DNA of 64,000 bases from Eledone cirrhosa (lineage: Eukaryota), in the NCBI GenBank assembly GCA_964016885.1, contig OZ024742.1, forward strand, positions 280,984,001 to 281,048,000, written 5' to 3'. Both the position numbers and the translations under genes were made by a program. Within the stretch, counting starts at the first letter, position 1; each line of letters starts with the position of its first letter. Below are positions 50,925 through 63,899 of the stretch, piece after piece. The notes beneath the pieces are model-generated. The model worked only from the letters and a program-made list of their open reading frames with translations. It was not told where the DNA came from and did not search any database.

Positions 50925-51744
50925 ATATTTAATAATAAAAGGGATGATTATGAAAAACATTTTGAAGGCCTCTCGTCATGAAATATAAGGTTGTGACGAT
51001 CGTCACACACCTACCTTCAGCAGAAACAGGGGAACTAATCGATGGTGTCACCGTTTCTGACTTATAATAAGCTATGTAGATTACATATTTTCCTGCCTTT
51101 GCTGAAGCTAAACTAAGCTAGATTCTTATAGCATTATGCTTATGTATATCGGCTGATGAACATCATTTGCATACGGAGTGGTAGCATAAATTAATAATTT
51201 TTATTGTTTCTCTAATATTTTTCGTAAACATCCCGTTTTTATTATATATACATTCGTAAATACAATATGTACATACGTATATCGCTACGTCGTAGTACCA
51301 ATACAAATATATATATATATATGTGTGTGTGTGTTTACCAATGGATGGAACTGGTGTTTCCGGTTGTTAAATGATGATGCAATAAATTAATTAATGCACT
51401 CAACGATATGCTAATCATTCATCGTAGATGTAGTATCCTATGGATGGTGCAGGAAAGGTATTAAGTCTTTATTAAAACAAAAACCGAAGGCCTGAAAAAT
51501 TTATTTTAGAATTTTAAATCGTCGAAAGCACTATACGTAGTTTGATGACCTAGCGTCATTATCCGATCATGATACAAGACGTAGGCGATTTAATCAGATA
51601 TTATTTACGGAATTCGACAACAGAATTACGTCGAAAACAAACAGAGTAAAGAAAATAGAAGGTAGAGGATCGATTCGATTCGGGGACAGCCCGCCATTTC
51701 TGTGTTATATCAATGGCAGACGGTCCCCGAACATCGCAATGTCA

Positions 51745-51934
51745 AATAATTGTTTCTACTGTTGGCACAAGGCCAGCAATTATCCTAGTGTATTACTGGT
51801 ACATTATTTTATCGACCCCGTAAGGCTGAAAGGCAAAGTTAACCTCAGCGGAGTTTGAACTCTGATTATAAAGGGCCGTAACACTTTTCTGCAAAGCATG
51901 GTCTGACCCTCTACCGATACTGCCAATCAACCAC
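51745..51934 (-). mobile_element. SINE family A, full length
   Basis: Reverse complement of family A; CAAATAAT on both sides (probable TSD). Confidence 0.85.
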
Positions 51935-52144
51935 ATATAACAAATAATGCCAGTAGTGTTGGGTGGTACACATGGTAGAGGTGATGGGTATTGCTAAGTG
52001 AGGACAGGAATTCGACCGTCCTTAGAAAATGCCATTTATTAATCAGAACTAAGGATTCTCTGCCACAGCGGTCACAGGCTATTCAACCCTGTGTAATTTG
52101 AAATTGGCCGAAAATAAGTCTAGCATGATGGTAGTGTTAAATTG

Positions 52145-52209
<65 letters not shown>

Positions 52210-52211
<2 letters not shown>

Positions 52212-53080
52212 AAGACGGGTAAAATTCCCGAGATCCATGGACGGGTTCTCTCCAGCGGTCTCTGTCCCTCATTATCGCTGCCATGTCCTGCGTCTCCAAC
52301 AGACCAGTGTCTGTCCTTAGAGCATCAAATACGTTAACCTTGGTCTTCCTGTTCCAGTGTTTCCATGCAGGGCCTCCCACAGGAGCACTGAGTGCAATGT
52401 CACCTCTGGATGTCGGTGAGCATGTCCAGCCAACCTCAGTCTCCTCTGTGTCACTTTTGAGCTGACTTTTGGGATGCTCCCATACAGCTCTGAGTGTTCA
52501 TCCTCAGTGTATACTGATTAATGTTCAGAGTCATCCTCAGCATTCTCGTGTAGCACCCATCCACCATCTGAGTGAGTTTCTTGGTCAGTTTTCAAGTCTC
52601 AGACCCGTACAGCAGCACAGACTCCACTACAGCAACGAAAAGGCGGATTTTCAGGTCTTCACGAAGCTCCGACTTCCACACCGATCTCAAGCTGTGGCAC
52701 GCTGCCCAAGCTTTGCTTTTCCTCTCAACCACATCATCTTCCGTATTCCCAATCTTTGCTCCCGAATACAGGAAGCCCTCAACCAAGTCTAGCGGCTTCC
52801 CGCCTACATTAGTGATCCCCTCTGGCTTCTCAACATTCTCTACCAGATATTTTGTTTTAGTCTCATTCATTCTCAGCCCCATACTCATCGACACCGTCTC
52901 AACCTCCCGCATCAAATCCTCTACCTCCTTCACAGTATTTGTCACCAAAACTGTGACTATTGTATGCGTAGTGGACTATTGTATGCGCCTTGCACTGGAG
53001 AAACACCAGGACTCTGGCTTTACTGTAGCACCGGCTCATAGTTAAGGCGAAAAAGGTATCAGATGCTGAATTTGCCGACG

Positions 53081-53082
<2 letters not shown>
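52210..53082 (-). mobile_element. RTE-like LINE 3' portion with inverted 5' segment, inserted in (TA)n
   Basis: Minus 52210-52954: GLRMNETKT, RKSKAWAAC, ESVLLYGSET, DRDRWR. Plus 52955-53082: VVDYCMR..GFT..SDAEFAD. Confidence 0.82.
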
Positions 53083-53125
<43 letters not shown>

Positions 53126-53130
53126 TATAT

Positions 53131-53337
53131 AACAGATTACATTTTAAGCAAAGAATCGCTGCTTTCTCGCTTAGTTTCAGAAGATCCCGTTAAGGGTGAA
53201 AGCAGCGATTCTTTGCTTAAACTTTAATCTGTTACTTTAATAAATATTTGCTCTGGGGTTCTTATATATTTGATACATATTTATCCTTATCGAGCCCTCT
53301 TTGGATATTAGTCTTCACATTTATTGTTATTACTATA
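53131..53337 (+). mobile_element. Short Penelope-type terminal repeat with hammerhead-like motif (53173-53223) and inverted partial copy
   Basis: 53131-53174 is the inverted copy of ~53190-53234. The same family occurs at 61548-61710. Flanked by (TA)n. Confidence 0.65.
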
Positions 53338-54852
53338 TATATATATGTATTTTTATATATATGTATGTATGTATATTCTGAATATACATATTTATATCTG
53401 TATATACATACAGCGGGGGTAACTGAGACTGTACTAACGTGTGCATGCTTACATAACTGCATAGTAAATATGTAGTTAAGTACATATTCTAGAAAATACG
53501 AATTTCCCTGCTAACTGATAAATGATAAATACCTTTAATCGATTGTCGGACCTAATTGGAACCTTATCGTGTATATATTCCATATAACTATAAGGAAACA
53601 TGCGCTTTATGAGCTTATATATCGATTCGTTCTTAGTATTATTCTGAGATTGACAGAATTGAGCGAATTCAAAAATAAAGACGTTTGAATAACGGATAGA
53701 ATTAATTGCGGTAGCTGCTACGTCTTTATGTATTTTGAGTTCAAATACAGCTGGTTTATTGCGTCTATGTGCCATTCGGGATCAATAAATTTATTACCAT
53801 ATAGGTGTGGTGGATTGGCAAACGAAATGACGAGAACCATTTTAATCCTGCGTTCTAACAGATCTCCCAAAACAAGAACAATATGTATTTGACTGTTGTT
53901 TCGGCTTGGACCTATATCAAACTCGATCGAGAAGACACAATTATGATCAAAGCATTTCATTAATGACTTTCTCGTATATTTTTTCCTCACGCGAGTATAT
54001 CTAAACACACATCGATATTAATCTGTACTTCCTTCTTTTGATACCGAACAGCTTGAAACATTCTGATTTTGCGATACGAAATTGTTAATTCTAATGTGCT
54101 TATATTTATCTAGAAACCTCCCACCATGATTCTACGTAAGACAAAGTTGTTCAGCTATGCTCCCAAACACCATCTTAAAAACGAGAAAGTTATATATATT
54201 ACATTTTTGATTATTTTTGATATTATTTGAAAATCATAGGCAGTGTCTTTCGTGAGAAACATGGTAATGAAAGGATTAAAGTGTATATCTTTATCTTCAA
54301 AACTTCCATTAACATTTTATGTAAAAAAGTTTGTTTTGACTGTCATTTCTAACAGGTCGAGCTAGCGCCCACATACATGCACAATCACTGGTTCTGATTT
54401 CTATCTTATAATTAGTTACACAACCTGGCTCCTGACTAATTAAAAGAACACAATCAACAGAAGGGAATTATGTACATTCAGTGTTGTAATTAATTTTAAT
54501 TCCGTTTTGTAAAGAATATCTAAACATGTATATGTGTTTGTATGTGCATAAGTGAATGTGTACTTATGAATGTATGTAAATACGTAAGTTTATGTTTTGT
54601 GCGTATTTGTGTGTGTTTGTACGTAATAATGTATGTTATTGCATATATACATGTGTATCTGTAAGTAATTGTGTACTTATGAAAACATATATATATGTTT
54701 CTTTGTGTGTTCGTGTCTAAGTATGTAAATATGTGTATGCGTACATATGAAGTGTATCTGTGTGTGGATGTGTATATATGTGTGATTGTATTCTGATGAA
54801 TGTATATAAATAAGTATGTATTATTGTGAATGTTTGTTTATGTAGATATGTG

Positions 54853-54887
<35 letters not shown>

Positions 54888-55246
54888 ATGGTTAATTCCG
54901 TACCAATGAATGTATGTGTACTTTTATATATGAGTTTATATCTATATAAGTGTATGTGGATATGGATATGTTTGCATATATACGCCTGTATGTGTGTATG
55001 TATATATTTTTATATCTATATATGTGTATGCCGATATGGGTATGTTTGCATGTATACGCCTGTAAGTGTATATATGTATGTATATGTGTGAATGAGTGTG
55101 TATGTGGTGTACGTGTATATGTGTGTATGTGTATGTGTCTGTGTTGGTGTAATTACGGTAATGTGTAAAACAGATTAAAGTTATTTCTGGTCAATTACTG
55201 AATGATGAAAGGTCATATTATGAAGGCAAAACAAGATCAAATACAC

Positions 55247-55846
55247 ATGGAGGCTGCCAACTCGTTTTCGAGTACGGCCACTACTTTATATCCATGTAGG
55301 ACAACCCCTATCGATGAGCTGAACGAGAGTGACTGTTTAGTCCAGCCAACGACTTGAAAACTCTGGTACAAACACTACACTTGTGACTGTTATTGACACA
55401 TAGTGCTGGTCCCATGTGACGACAAGTGCAGAGAGATCTCCAGATATAAAGCAATGCCTGTGCCGTAGAGCTTTTATAGTGAACATAGGCAGTGCAGAAA
55501 GCCAGTCCCACTCTCTTAACCAAGATGATATTTACCAAAAAGAAGAACAAGTCAACATCATTGGATATCATCAGAGTTGCAGGTGTTATATCAGAGTTTT
55601 CCTTCTCCTAGAATTCTGCATTGACAAAGGCTAAGGGGTCATATCTCCCGGTGATTTTGGATGGCCATTGACTCTTAAGAGCTCTTTGCCCTTTGACAGG
55701 TTTTGTTTTTAGTCCTGCAAGATGTCCAAAGTCACCCTCCTCACCAAGAAACCTTGATGGGGTTGCCAGTTTCGTCGCCAACGACCCGACCATGGGACAG
55801 GTTGTACTGGGATACATGTTGCCATTAGCACCAACTGGTGACTTGA
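55247..55846 (-). mobile_element. Non-autonomous bipartite RTE derivative
   Basis: The 3' end encodes [25 protein letters not shown] (C2H2, like RTE ORF2 C-termini); no RT; second copy at 58851. Confidence 0.65.
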
Positions 55847-55919
55847 CATACAAACATACATACATGCATACATATATACACACACATACACAGACTCAAA
55901 CAAGCACATATACTTACAC

Positions 55920-55959
<40 letters not shown>

Positions 55960-56584
55960 GTGCGTGAGTGTGTGTATGTGAGTGTGTGTGTATGTGTGTG
56001 TGTGTGTGCGTGCACACATAAAGAAACACACAGAAAGATGCATATACCACAGAATATATAATCGTCTATATAATATGCATGCATATTTATTTATGAATAA
56101 TTCCATTTATGGTGCTACTGGTAACATGTCTAAAGGCCAGCTGAAGCAATGTTACTATTAATAGAATTTCACGACAGTGACAACACTGAACAGAATAAAT
56201 ACACTATTGCTGGCAAACGTAATGCTACATTATGATATTAGATAAATATTGCATGTGCTATCTGTGAATATGTGTTCATCTAGCGATCTGTACTGCGTGT
56301 TTTTCTTCCTTAAATCATAGGTTAGAATATCGGTCATGACAGTTCATATAACATTTAGTTAAGAACACGTTTCTTTTTACTTTTTATCATATGTAAATAT
56401 CTAAATATAACCATTTGTAGACATTGAACCGTATAGAATATGTTGATTGAGAAGCAGGTATACAGCGTACTCCCGTGTAACACCCATTCCTATCACTGAA
56501 GAAAAAACATCATTTTATAACACTACACCATAATGTACTAGCAATTTTAAAATATTTGTCGTATAAGAAAAGTATTAGCTGACA

Positions 56585-56655
56585 GTCCTGACCGTCTAGT
56601 GGTGAAATTCCTTCATTTTGGCCAAGGTAACTCAGGTCTAAATCATTGTTATATA
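56585..56655 (+). pseudogene. Highly degenerate tRNA-His relic
   Basis: TGACCGTCTAGTGGTG...TGGCCAAGGTAACTCAGGT. Weaker relics at ~57066 and ~58068. Confidence 0.5.
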
Positions 56656-57204
56656 ATCTAAACAATATTCTTATTTAAATGAGTGTCATCCCTGAATGAG
56701 CAGTTTTATGATCCAAAATATTCCCCACGAGTTCACCCCTATCTCATTTATTTATGTCTTTGTCAAGTTCTATAATGATAACTGAATGCTACATTTTTGA
56801 CAAATAAACAAGTATATTTTTATTAATTGAGTTTTGTCAATGGTAGTTAGTTGTAAACATCTCTTTTAAAATACGCTGTAGCATAAACACCTCTGCTAAT
56901 TGAGAGGTAGATATATGTCGAACTCCTTATTTCTATGACTGGGAGCTACTAAAGTCAGTGTATGAAAACATCATAATATCTTCATAACATTTCATAACAT
57001 GCAACTTAAGAAACTCTCAGTAGATCGCTCTTTTTATATATCAGAATTAGATTAGTCAACAGATATCAGTAATTGACTAGTGGTTAAGCACTCACGTTAG
57101 GACAATTGTACTCCAGGTTTTAAATCCTTCTTCAGAATACTAATAACACCTTCCTCTCATCTTTTTATTTTATTTCATAATTTAATTGTTTTATAATAAA
57201 TAAT

Positions 57205-57980
57205 TGTGATAGATTGACTGAATTTGTTAGAGCGTCAGACAAAATGCTTTCAAGCATCTAAATTACATCTATTTATCTTCTGAGTTCAAATACGACCGAG
57301 GTTGCGTTTGCCTTTCCTCCTCCTGGGGTTGATAAAATAAAGTACCAGTAGCGTACTAGTCTCGAAGTAATGAACTGTCTCATCCTCATAAATTGTGGGC
57401 CTTGTAAAAACACATTTTCTGTTAAATACAATGTAATTTCAAATTCGTTAGAATGTCGGACAAATACTTAGTAGTAGTTATTAAATTATATCACTCGTTA
57501 GAATTATCTTTTACTCCCTTTAAAATTCCTGGCCCTATGCCTGGACATTTCTAGCGAGGGTGATTGACAAATTTGGTAGAGCGTCGGATATATGCATAGT
57601 CGTATATGCTCCAACTTTGAGTTCAAATCCTTCCGACTTCAACTCCACCTTTCATCTTTCCAAGATTAAAGAAATAATGTAACAGTCACGTACTGAAGTT
57701 GAAGTAATCGGATTCCTTCTACCTCAAAATAGTGGGCATTGTACCTAAATAAGAAATCATTATTTTTTGATAAGAGTAAGGGCGGTGGATTGGCAGTATC
57801 CTTAGAATGTCGGACAACATGGTTTATGGCATAGAGATACACCCTTATAAGTTCTGAGTTCACCTTTCATCCATACGGTGTAGATAAGATAAAACACAAA
57901 TTTAGCACTGAGGGCGATGTAGTCGAATTCACCCCACCCTCATATTGTTGGCCTTGTTCCTCAATCAGAAACAATTATTG
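57205..57980 (+). mobile_element. Cluster of three older family-A-related SINEs
   Basis: Copies at ~57205, ~57557 and ~57780 with GAGTTCA(AAT), CCTTTC(A/C)TC and a longer 3' segment. Confidence 0.7.
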
Positions 57981-58576
57981 TATGATAAGCCAAAAATGAT
58001 AGCAGAATTTTACCTCACCAAATTAACAGATTAGATTTATGAAACGATATTTCAAGAGATCTTTATTATCGAGATGGCCTAGTGTTTAGTAGCCCATGGT
58101 GAAGCTGAGATAAGAAAAAATTGACTCCAGATCAAGACATCCTATACAAACGTTTTCAAATTTATTCCTTTGTAATATCAAATAAAATGGGCACACCATA
58201 GTGTAAATTATTATAATTGTTTGGCAATCATAATTCAGTAATTTTAAAGATTTCTATTGCTTTGTTTCTTCTTGTCGTCTCCACAAGAGTGTCAGTTACA
58301 AAGCTAGGCTAGATGTGGTTCCTCCACAGCTGAACACATTGCTGTCCTTTCTCATTAAACTCTGCCAGGTCCAATGCTGTGCAGGGGTGTTCCAGCAAGG
58401 GTATATCAGTAGATGCTGTATAGTGTGTGGTGCGATGACGCAGTCACACACAACGTTCCCATCCTTTAAATATCCCTACTTTGCAAGAGTGACTTTTGGA
58501 CGTCCAACATCAGATCTTTGAAAATAGACAGTATATTACGAATTTGTGTTACTGATGTAACAAGAAATTGCAAGAG

Positions 58577-58697
<121 letters not shown>

Positions 58698-58850
58698 AAT
58701 ATACACACATTTATATGCATGCATATATATATATATATATATATATAAATATATATATACATGTATATATATATAAATATATATATACATGTATATATAT
58801 ATATGTGTATATATATATATGTATATATATATGTATGTATATTTATGTAT

Positions 58851-59343
58851 ATGGTGGCTGCCAACTCGTTTTCGAGTACGGCCACTACTTTATATCCATG
58901 TAGGAGAACCCCTACCAATGCGCTGAACGAGTGTGACTTTTTAGTCCAGCCAACGACTTGAAAGCTCTGGTACAAACACTACACTTGTGACAATTATTGA
59001 CATATAGTGCTGGGCCCATGGTACCATGTGAGGACAAGTGCAGAGAGATCTCCAGATATAAAGCAATGCCTGTGCCGTGAAGCTTTTATAGTGAGCAAAG
59101 GCACTGCACAAAGCCAGTCCCACTATCTTAACCAAGATGATATTTACCAAAAAGAAGAACAAGTCAACATCATTGGATACCATCAGTGTTGCAGGTGTTA
59201 TATCAGAGTTTTCCTTCTCCTAGAATTCTGCCTTGACAAAGGCTAAGAGGTCATCTCTCCCGGTGATTTTGGATGGCCATTGACTCTTACGAGCTCCTTT
59301 GCCCTTTGACAGGTTTTGTTTTTAGTCCTGCAGGATGTCCAAA
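58851..59343 (-). mobile_element. Second copy of the bipartite RTE derivative, cut at the Penelope junction
   Basis: Colinear with 55247-55731. Confidence 0.75.
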
Positions 59344-59344
59344 G

Positions 59345-60277
59345 GTGTTAGGATGTTTTTCATTCACTTAGATTGTCTTTTGCTCTTTATGATATCGTGT
59401 GTTCGTAGGATTTGGTTCATTCTATGATCATTTTTCAACACAGGGATGTTCTGGAGGATGGTGTCAAAGGCCTCATTGTTGAGGGGGTTGTGTGTGGAGA
59501 TGTATGGAAGAGCTTTTAGTTTCGGTTGATTTACTTTAGGGTGTCTAAGGTCCTGGGTACTGAGTATTAGGGCACGTTGGATTCCATTGTCAATTAGTGA
59601 TGCAGGGTAGTCCCTGCCTATGAGTGTGTCCTTTAGTTCTTGTAAATCAACCGAAACTAAAAGCTCTTCCATACATCTCCATACACAACCCCCTCAACAA
59701 TGAGGCCTTTGAAACCATCCTCCAGAACATCCCTTTGTTGAAAAAGGACCATATAATGAACCAAATCCTACGAACACACGATATCATAAAGAGCAAAAGA
59801 CAATCTAAGTCAATGAAAAACATCCTAACACATGCCAAAGTACTGCCAACCACAACAACGAAACCCACAGTAAAAAAATGCGATAGACACAACTGTGGCA
59901 TATGCATCAACCTAATAGAGGGTTCAGAATTCTATTTCAAAGAAGGACAACGTTTTATAGTAAAACACAATTTCACATGCGCATCAGAAAATCTAATATA
60001 TGTATTAACGTGCTCAGGTTGTCGAGAACAATACATAGGCCAGACGAAAAACAGCCGCCGCCAACGCATGACTGTCCATAGATCCCAAATTAAAATACGG
60101 GAATACAGGAAAATACCACTGAGTGAACACATTGATACCTGTGCCGCCCAAACTGATCCCAACTTCAGAATCTTTCCCCTCTACAAATTTAAAGATAATG
60201 CCACACACACCCAGCTCATCAGCAAGGAATCTTACTTTATTAACAAATACGGACCCCGTCTAAACACTTCTCCCTAA
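59345..60277 (+). mobile_element. Penelope-like element: GIY-YIG endonuclease region with inverted 5' duplicate
   Basis: Plus frame 59642-60277: PYIS.HNP, C..C.IC, NLIYVLTC..C..QYIGQT, RM..H, ESYFI...LN. Segment 59345-59534 is an inverted copy of 59642-59831. Confidence 0.9.
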
Positions 60278-60708
60278 GACGAACCCACAACATACACACG
60301 TCAACATACCTACCTACATCAGCATACGTCTCTATCCACATATAAACACAATGACATACGTAAACACACATGTTCTATGGTGCAACACAAATATACACAA
60401 ATGTGCATACCTTTTGATGTCTATAGATATAAACGTGCCGACACACACACATACATAAACGCACACATGCATTGCACACTGATGGGCACATACATATTTG
60501 TACACAAGTATTCCAATACGGCAAGGCCTAATGGATAACCCTTGCAGTACGTACAATCTGGACACTCACACACACCTTGGTATTATGCCAATACATTATA
60601 TCATTTCACACCTTTTATTGTTAAGGTTTTTGATGTTCTATTGAGAGAATCGTTTTTACTGAAAATATCGAACAATGTACACCATTTTACCAGAAATAAA
60701 TACTGGTT

Positions 60709-60768
<60 letters not shown>

Positions 60769-60807
60769 CACACACACATACACACGCGTACATTAACATA
60801 CAAAGAG

Positions 60808-60839
<32 letters not shown>

Positions 60840-60948
60840 TTCTCCGTATAAGACAAGAGCTGAAAAATATCTCTTAACATGTTAAAATATCCCCCACACA
60901 CTTACAGACACATTCCTACTGACCATCCCTCTACCACAAATTACTCTG

Positions 60949-60984
<36 letters not shown>

Positions 60985-61547
60985 ACACACACAAACACTT
61001 GTCTTAATAGGCATTTGAACTGTCAAAAGGCTGCGGTTCGCACACACATCCCTGCTGACCATTATCACAACAACGAACCTCTTTACTACTACTACTACAC
61101 ACACACACACACACATATTTGTTGTGAAAGACTTATTTTTCAGTAACTTCTCAATCAGCCGACACAAACCTACATTTGGCGCAAAATCAATTTTTAACAT
61201 TCACATGACCTCTACCGACCAATCAAAATTGTTTTGACCAAAAGAATTTTTGCAACACGAATTGGCGCGAAACTTATTTTAATACCGCTGGAGCCACTTT
61301 CTTCACATAAAAACAGGTAGAATTCCCAAAACTAATCATATCAGAGCAAACATCACGGGCGCTCTATCTCAAAATTATTTTTGAAAACCATTAGAAATGA
61401 GCAACCGGTAAAACTTAAAACCAAAACTGAATACTAACGTATACTATTACTAATTCTCACTTATTCCTAATTAAACTATTTTTCACTGTGAACAATTTGT
61501 CACCATTTTCTTTTCAATTTACCAATATATATATATATATATATATA

Positions 61548-61710
61548 GTAATAATAATAAATTTGAAGACTAAAATGCAAAGAGGGCTCGATAAGGATAA
61601 ATATATATCAAATATATAAGAACCGTAGAGCAAAAGTTTCAGAAGATCCCGTTAAGGGTGAAAGCAGCGATTCTTTGCTTAAACTTTAATCTGTTATTTT
61701 AATAAATATA
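61548..61710 (+). mobile_element. Second copy of the short hammerhead-like repeat, rearranged (3' part inverted in front)
   Basis: 61548-61635 is the reverse complement of ~53248-53337; 61635-61710 matches 53173-53248. Flanked by (TA)n. Confidence 0.7.
61633..61687 (+). ncRNA. Type I hammerhead-like fold with non-canonical CAGAAGA core
   Basis: Stem I AAAGTTT/AAACTTT; CAGAAGA; stem II CCC-GTTAA-GGG; GAAA; stem III GCA/TGC; CUU site. Confidence 0.55.
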
Positions 61711-61836
61711 TATATATATCCAAGTATGTTATTTTCAGACTTCTCATATAACATATCTAGAAGATGATTCTGTATTATATCATAACATCTTTGCGTGAAT
61801 TAGATAAAAGTGAAATCAGGAAATGCTACACTTTAC

Positions 61837-61873
61837 TGCCGTAACCAAGATCCTATCCACTACACGAAGAGGG
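61837..61873 (-). pseudogene. Internally deleted tRNA-His relic (paralog at ~63043-63080)
   Basis: Minus strand TCGTGTAGTGGATAGGATCTTGGTTACGGCA: D arm joined directly to the 3' T-stem/acceptor strand. Confidence 0.55.
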
Positions 61874-62204
61874 TGATCAACATTTATACAGCTCAGCTTT
61901 CCAAATTGTTAGTGATACATATATACGTTGTTAGCTATTATGTTCCTGACGTTATTACGTTCCTGACGTTACATTAATTCCATGTAAACAGCCACTGCTA
62001 ACAATCAAAGTTTTCTTTAAATATTTTAGATGTTTTATTCTTTCCTAAAAATTCCTGTATTTTTGCCTTAATTAAAAGAATTATAAAAACGAAAATCATA
62101 AAATAAAATTTAAATTAAATCAAAAATGGTAAAATAATCTATGTTCTAAAAATGTTTCCCTTTTTTAATTATGAATAAAAAAACTGACAGTAGAAAGAAG
62201 CCTT

Positions 62205-62275
62205 ATGAAACTGTGGATTCGAACTCGGTGTATAGCAGAGACAAAGTGGGATCTTAACAAATAGACGATCACCGA
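62205..62275 (-). pseudogene. Degenerate tRNA-His relic
   Basis: GGATTCGAAC...CTTAACAAATAGACGATCAC on the + strand. Confidence 0.55.
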
Positions 62276-62626
62276 TAAAAGGTAATATATGTTAGTCCTG
62301 TCAAAAATATTATTGATATATACGGTTCCATCTACAATATTTCAGACGTACCAATAGGTGTAAAATATCCACTATTAAAATGTACATTTTCTGAAAGATA
62401 GGTTAAACGATACTTATTTATAACTATACGTGTACATTTCTTGTCTTTTAACAATAATAGAAACAATTATAAAATAACTAATTTGAAACATAATAGTAAG
62501 AAACAATATGATATAAAAATCATATGCCAATGAAAACAATAATATTAATTCTACTATATTATAAAATATATTTTCTTTTTTAATCACTTAGTATGAATTT
62601 GCAAAAAAAAAAAAATTTGTAGAAGC

Positions 62627-62698
62627 TGCCGTGACCAGGATTCGAACCTGGGTTACCACGGCCACAACGTGGGGTCCTGACCACTAGACGATCACGGC
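62627..62698 (-). tRNA. trnH-GTG: tRNA-His(GTG), intact (one D-loop T>C)
   Basis: Full cloverleaf; long T-run downstream (A-run at 62603-62615 on the + strand). Confidence 0.95.
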
Positions 62699-63336
62699 TA
62701 ACAGCTAATACATGCTGGCAAAGTTCAATGTAATCTCTATATAGTAAAGTTGAATGCTACTGCTTATTACATTGGTTCCGGATTTGCGTTGTCATTAACT
62801 TCTACGAAGATATTTCTAGCTGGCCTTCGGAATTTCCACAGATTTATTGAGTTCTGAATTGGTATATTGAATTTTCATTAAATACTAAACATGGAAACAT
62901 ATATGCCTTCGGTTTTTATAAACATCCAAGTATATTTTATTTAGTTTTCATTATGGAATATACCTAGAAGTTTATTCTGTATTCACCAGAATTATTGTTT
63001 TGTTAATTACAAAATATTGAAGAACGAAAATGTGCCCTTTGTTGTCGTAACCTGAATCCTAACCACTACACGAAGAGAGTAAATAACTTTTATAAAAATG
63101 AGTTTTACAAATTCTTAGTGATATATAAACATTGTTGGCTATTATGTTTCTGTCGTTATATTAATTCCGTATAAACAGTCAGTGCTTACAAGCAAAGTTT
63201 TCTTTAAATATTTTAGATAATACATCAGAAATATATAGTGCGGAATCATTGAATAAAATATAAATTAACTCACAAATGATAAAATAACATATAGTTTCCT
63301 AAGATCTGACAATTGGCAGGTAAGCAGTATGCCGAA

Positions 63337-63366
63337 CTGATGAAGGGTTATCACCCGGAAACATTA
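63337..63366 (+). ncRNA. Minimal type I hammerhead motif, copy 1
   Basis: CTGATGA-A-GGGT-TATC-ACCC-G-GAAACATTA. Confidence 0.6.
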
Positions 63367-63489
63367 ATGCCTGCAGTTCTTTTTACGTGCAAACACAAGA
63401 GCACGAATGACGGAGTCATTCTACTGACATGGCTTAAAGAGGCTGATGCATACTTGCAAACGAATCGAATATCATTATTATTGATTCTG

Positions 63490-63577
63490 TCTTTCATCCT
63501 TGCGGGGTCGATAAAATGAAGTACATGTAATGTACTGCGTAATTGCTGGCCTTGTCGCTAAAGTAGAAACAATTATT
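63490..63577 (+). mobile_element. SINE family A 3' fragment
   Basis: CTTTCATCCTTGCGGGGTCGATAAAAT...GTAGAAACAATTATT. Confidence 0.8.
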
Positions 63578-63853
63578 AATATTCGAAAAACAATTATTAA
63601 TATTCAAAAAAACTCAGATTGTATTTATTGTATTCAACCATGTAAAGCGATAAACTATTTGTTAGTTATTTGAATATGGCAAAGCCGGCCATTAATCGCT
63701 CGTATATATGAAGCTGACTGGCCTATCTGCTGACATGCAGATCTGACTGATCAGGCAGTCTGCTAATATGCAAATCATGCCGATCAGTCAGTGTATATTA
63801 TTAGAAAATATCATATATTTTCACTAGCTCTGACAGTTGGCAACTAAGCAGTA

Positions 63854-63899
63854 TACAGTACTGATGAAGGGTAATCACCCAGAAACATTAGAGACTGTA
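63854..63899 (+). ncRNA. Minimal type I hammerhead motif, copy 2
   Basis: TACAGT-A-CTGATGA-A-GGGT-AATC-ACCC-A-GAAACATTA-GAG-ACTGTA, with stem I TACAGT/ACTGTA. Confidence 0.65.
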
